A stretch of 64,000 nt of DNA from Selaginella moellendorffii (taxonomy: Eukaryota > Plantae > Lycopodiophyta). Positions 63,302 to 64,000 of the stretch are shown piece by piece. The notes below the pieces were generated by a model. The model did not search any database. It had not been told where the DNA came from and saw nothing but the letters and a program-made list of their open reading frames with translations. The DNA lies in the NCBI RefSeq assembly GCF_000143415.4, contig NW_003314262.1, forward strand, positions 4,316,349 to 4,380,348, read 5' to 3'. The first letter of the stretch is position 1. Each line of letters opens with the position of its first letter. Made by a program: the position numbers and the translations under genes.

Positions 63302-64000
63302 ATGGGGGTGGATTTGGAAGTGGGGAGGAATGGCGAGCGGCAGCCTCTGCTGGCCGGGAAGAGCAGCAAGAGCACTGGTAGCAGCAGCCGGGGCAAGAGA
63401 CGCGAGAAGCGAGTGAGGGGAAGTGTTCTCTACACGGTGTTTTGCACCATCGTCGTGGCTCTGGGGCCGATCACGTTTGGTTTCTCGGTAAGCTCGCTTT
63501 CCCTTCTTCGTGAATTTCTAATTTTGAGAAAGATATATCTAACTGTTCGTTGTTTGCTACTTTTTCCCTCTTTCCTTTTGTAGGTCGGCTATTCATCTCC
63601 CACGCAGCAAAAATTGACCGAGGATTTGGGGCTTAGTCTCTCCGAGGTACTGAGAGAACTGTGAAATCTTGTCTAGAAATTCTGCTAACTTGTTTTTGTA
63701 GTTCTCCATGTATGGTTCTCTGGTAAATGCCGGTGCCATGGCTGGAGCTATTCTCAGTGGCCGTATAGCTGATCGCTTTGGACGGAAAGGGGTAAGCAGG
63801 CCAAGCGCGAAACAAAAAGTTCTCATTCTTTTGCTCTTTTTATCAGGCACTTGTAATTGCTTCGATTCCACACATTGCTGGATGGATCTTAAACGCCCTG
63901 GCCATGGTAAGTAGCTTCTCGCTGTCAATTCAGCATCACGAAGTTTCCTTTTTGTTCCAGAATGTCGCCAGCCTGTACATAGCAAGATTGCTCGTCGGGT
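63302..64000 (+). CDS. ERD6-like MFS sugar transporter, 5' part (runs off the window)
   Basis: VALGPITFGFS|VGYSSPTQ, GSLVNAGAMAGAILSGRIADRFGRKG; N-terminal ERQPLL dileucine motif. Confidence 0.9.

Overview
Gene-dense, short-intron (about 45-100 nt) land-plant nuclear DNA. It is most consistent with a lycophyte such as Selaginella; this is inferred from the tiny introns, PLS-type PPR remnants and a microbial-type terpene synthase. 1-4 kb: decayed Ty1/copia element. 4.1-35.7 kb: tandem array of divergent two-domain Euonymus-lectin (EUL, beta-trefoil)-like genes, nine copies of which five read as intact. They are co-amplified with a PPR remnant, a GT29 (MGP2/SIA2-like) gene and a tRNA-Cys, form a ~10.4 kb higher-order repeat, and are interrupted by a Ty3/gypsy element with 175-bp LTRs. 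35.7-42.6 kb: a SNARE-motif-only VTI1-like ORF, CCB2, an RH50-like DEAD-box helicase and a SnRK2 kinase. After a 100-N gap: an inverted pair of unknown gene relics around a microbial terpene synthase-like pseudogene, a 10-Cys hevein-like peptide, a synaptotagmin pseudogene, an intact ubiquitin-like + PD-(D/E)xK (Uma2/Crinkler-type) nuclease gene, a conserved small protein head-to-head with an intronless HAD phosphatase, and divergent SWEET and ERD6-like sugar transporters. The best novelty candidates are the Ubl-nuclease, the EUL/GT29/tRNA cassette and the hevein-like peptide. All family assignments come from motif recognition by eye; no searches were run.
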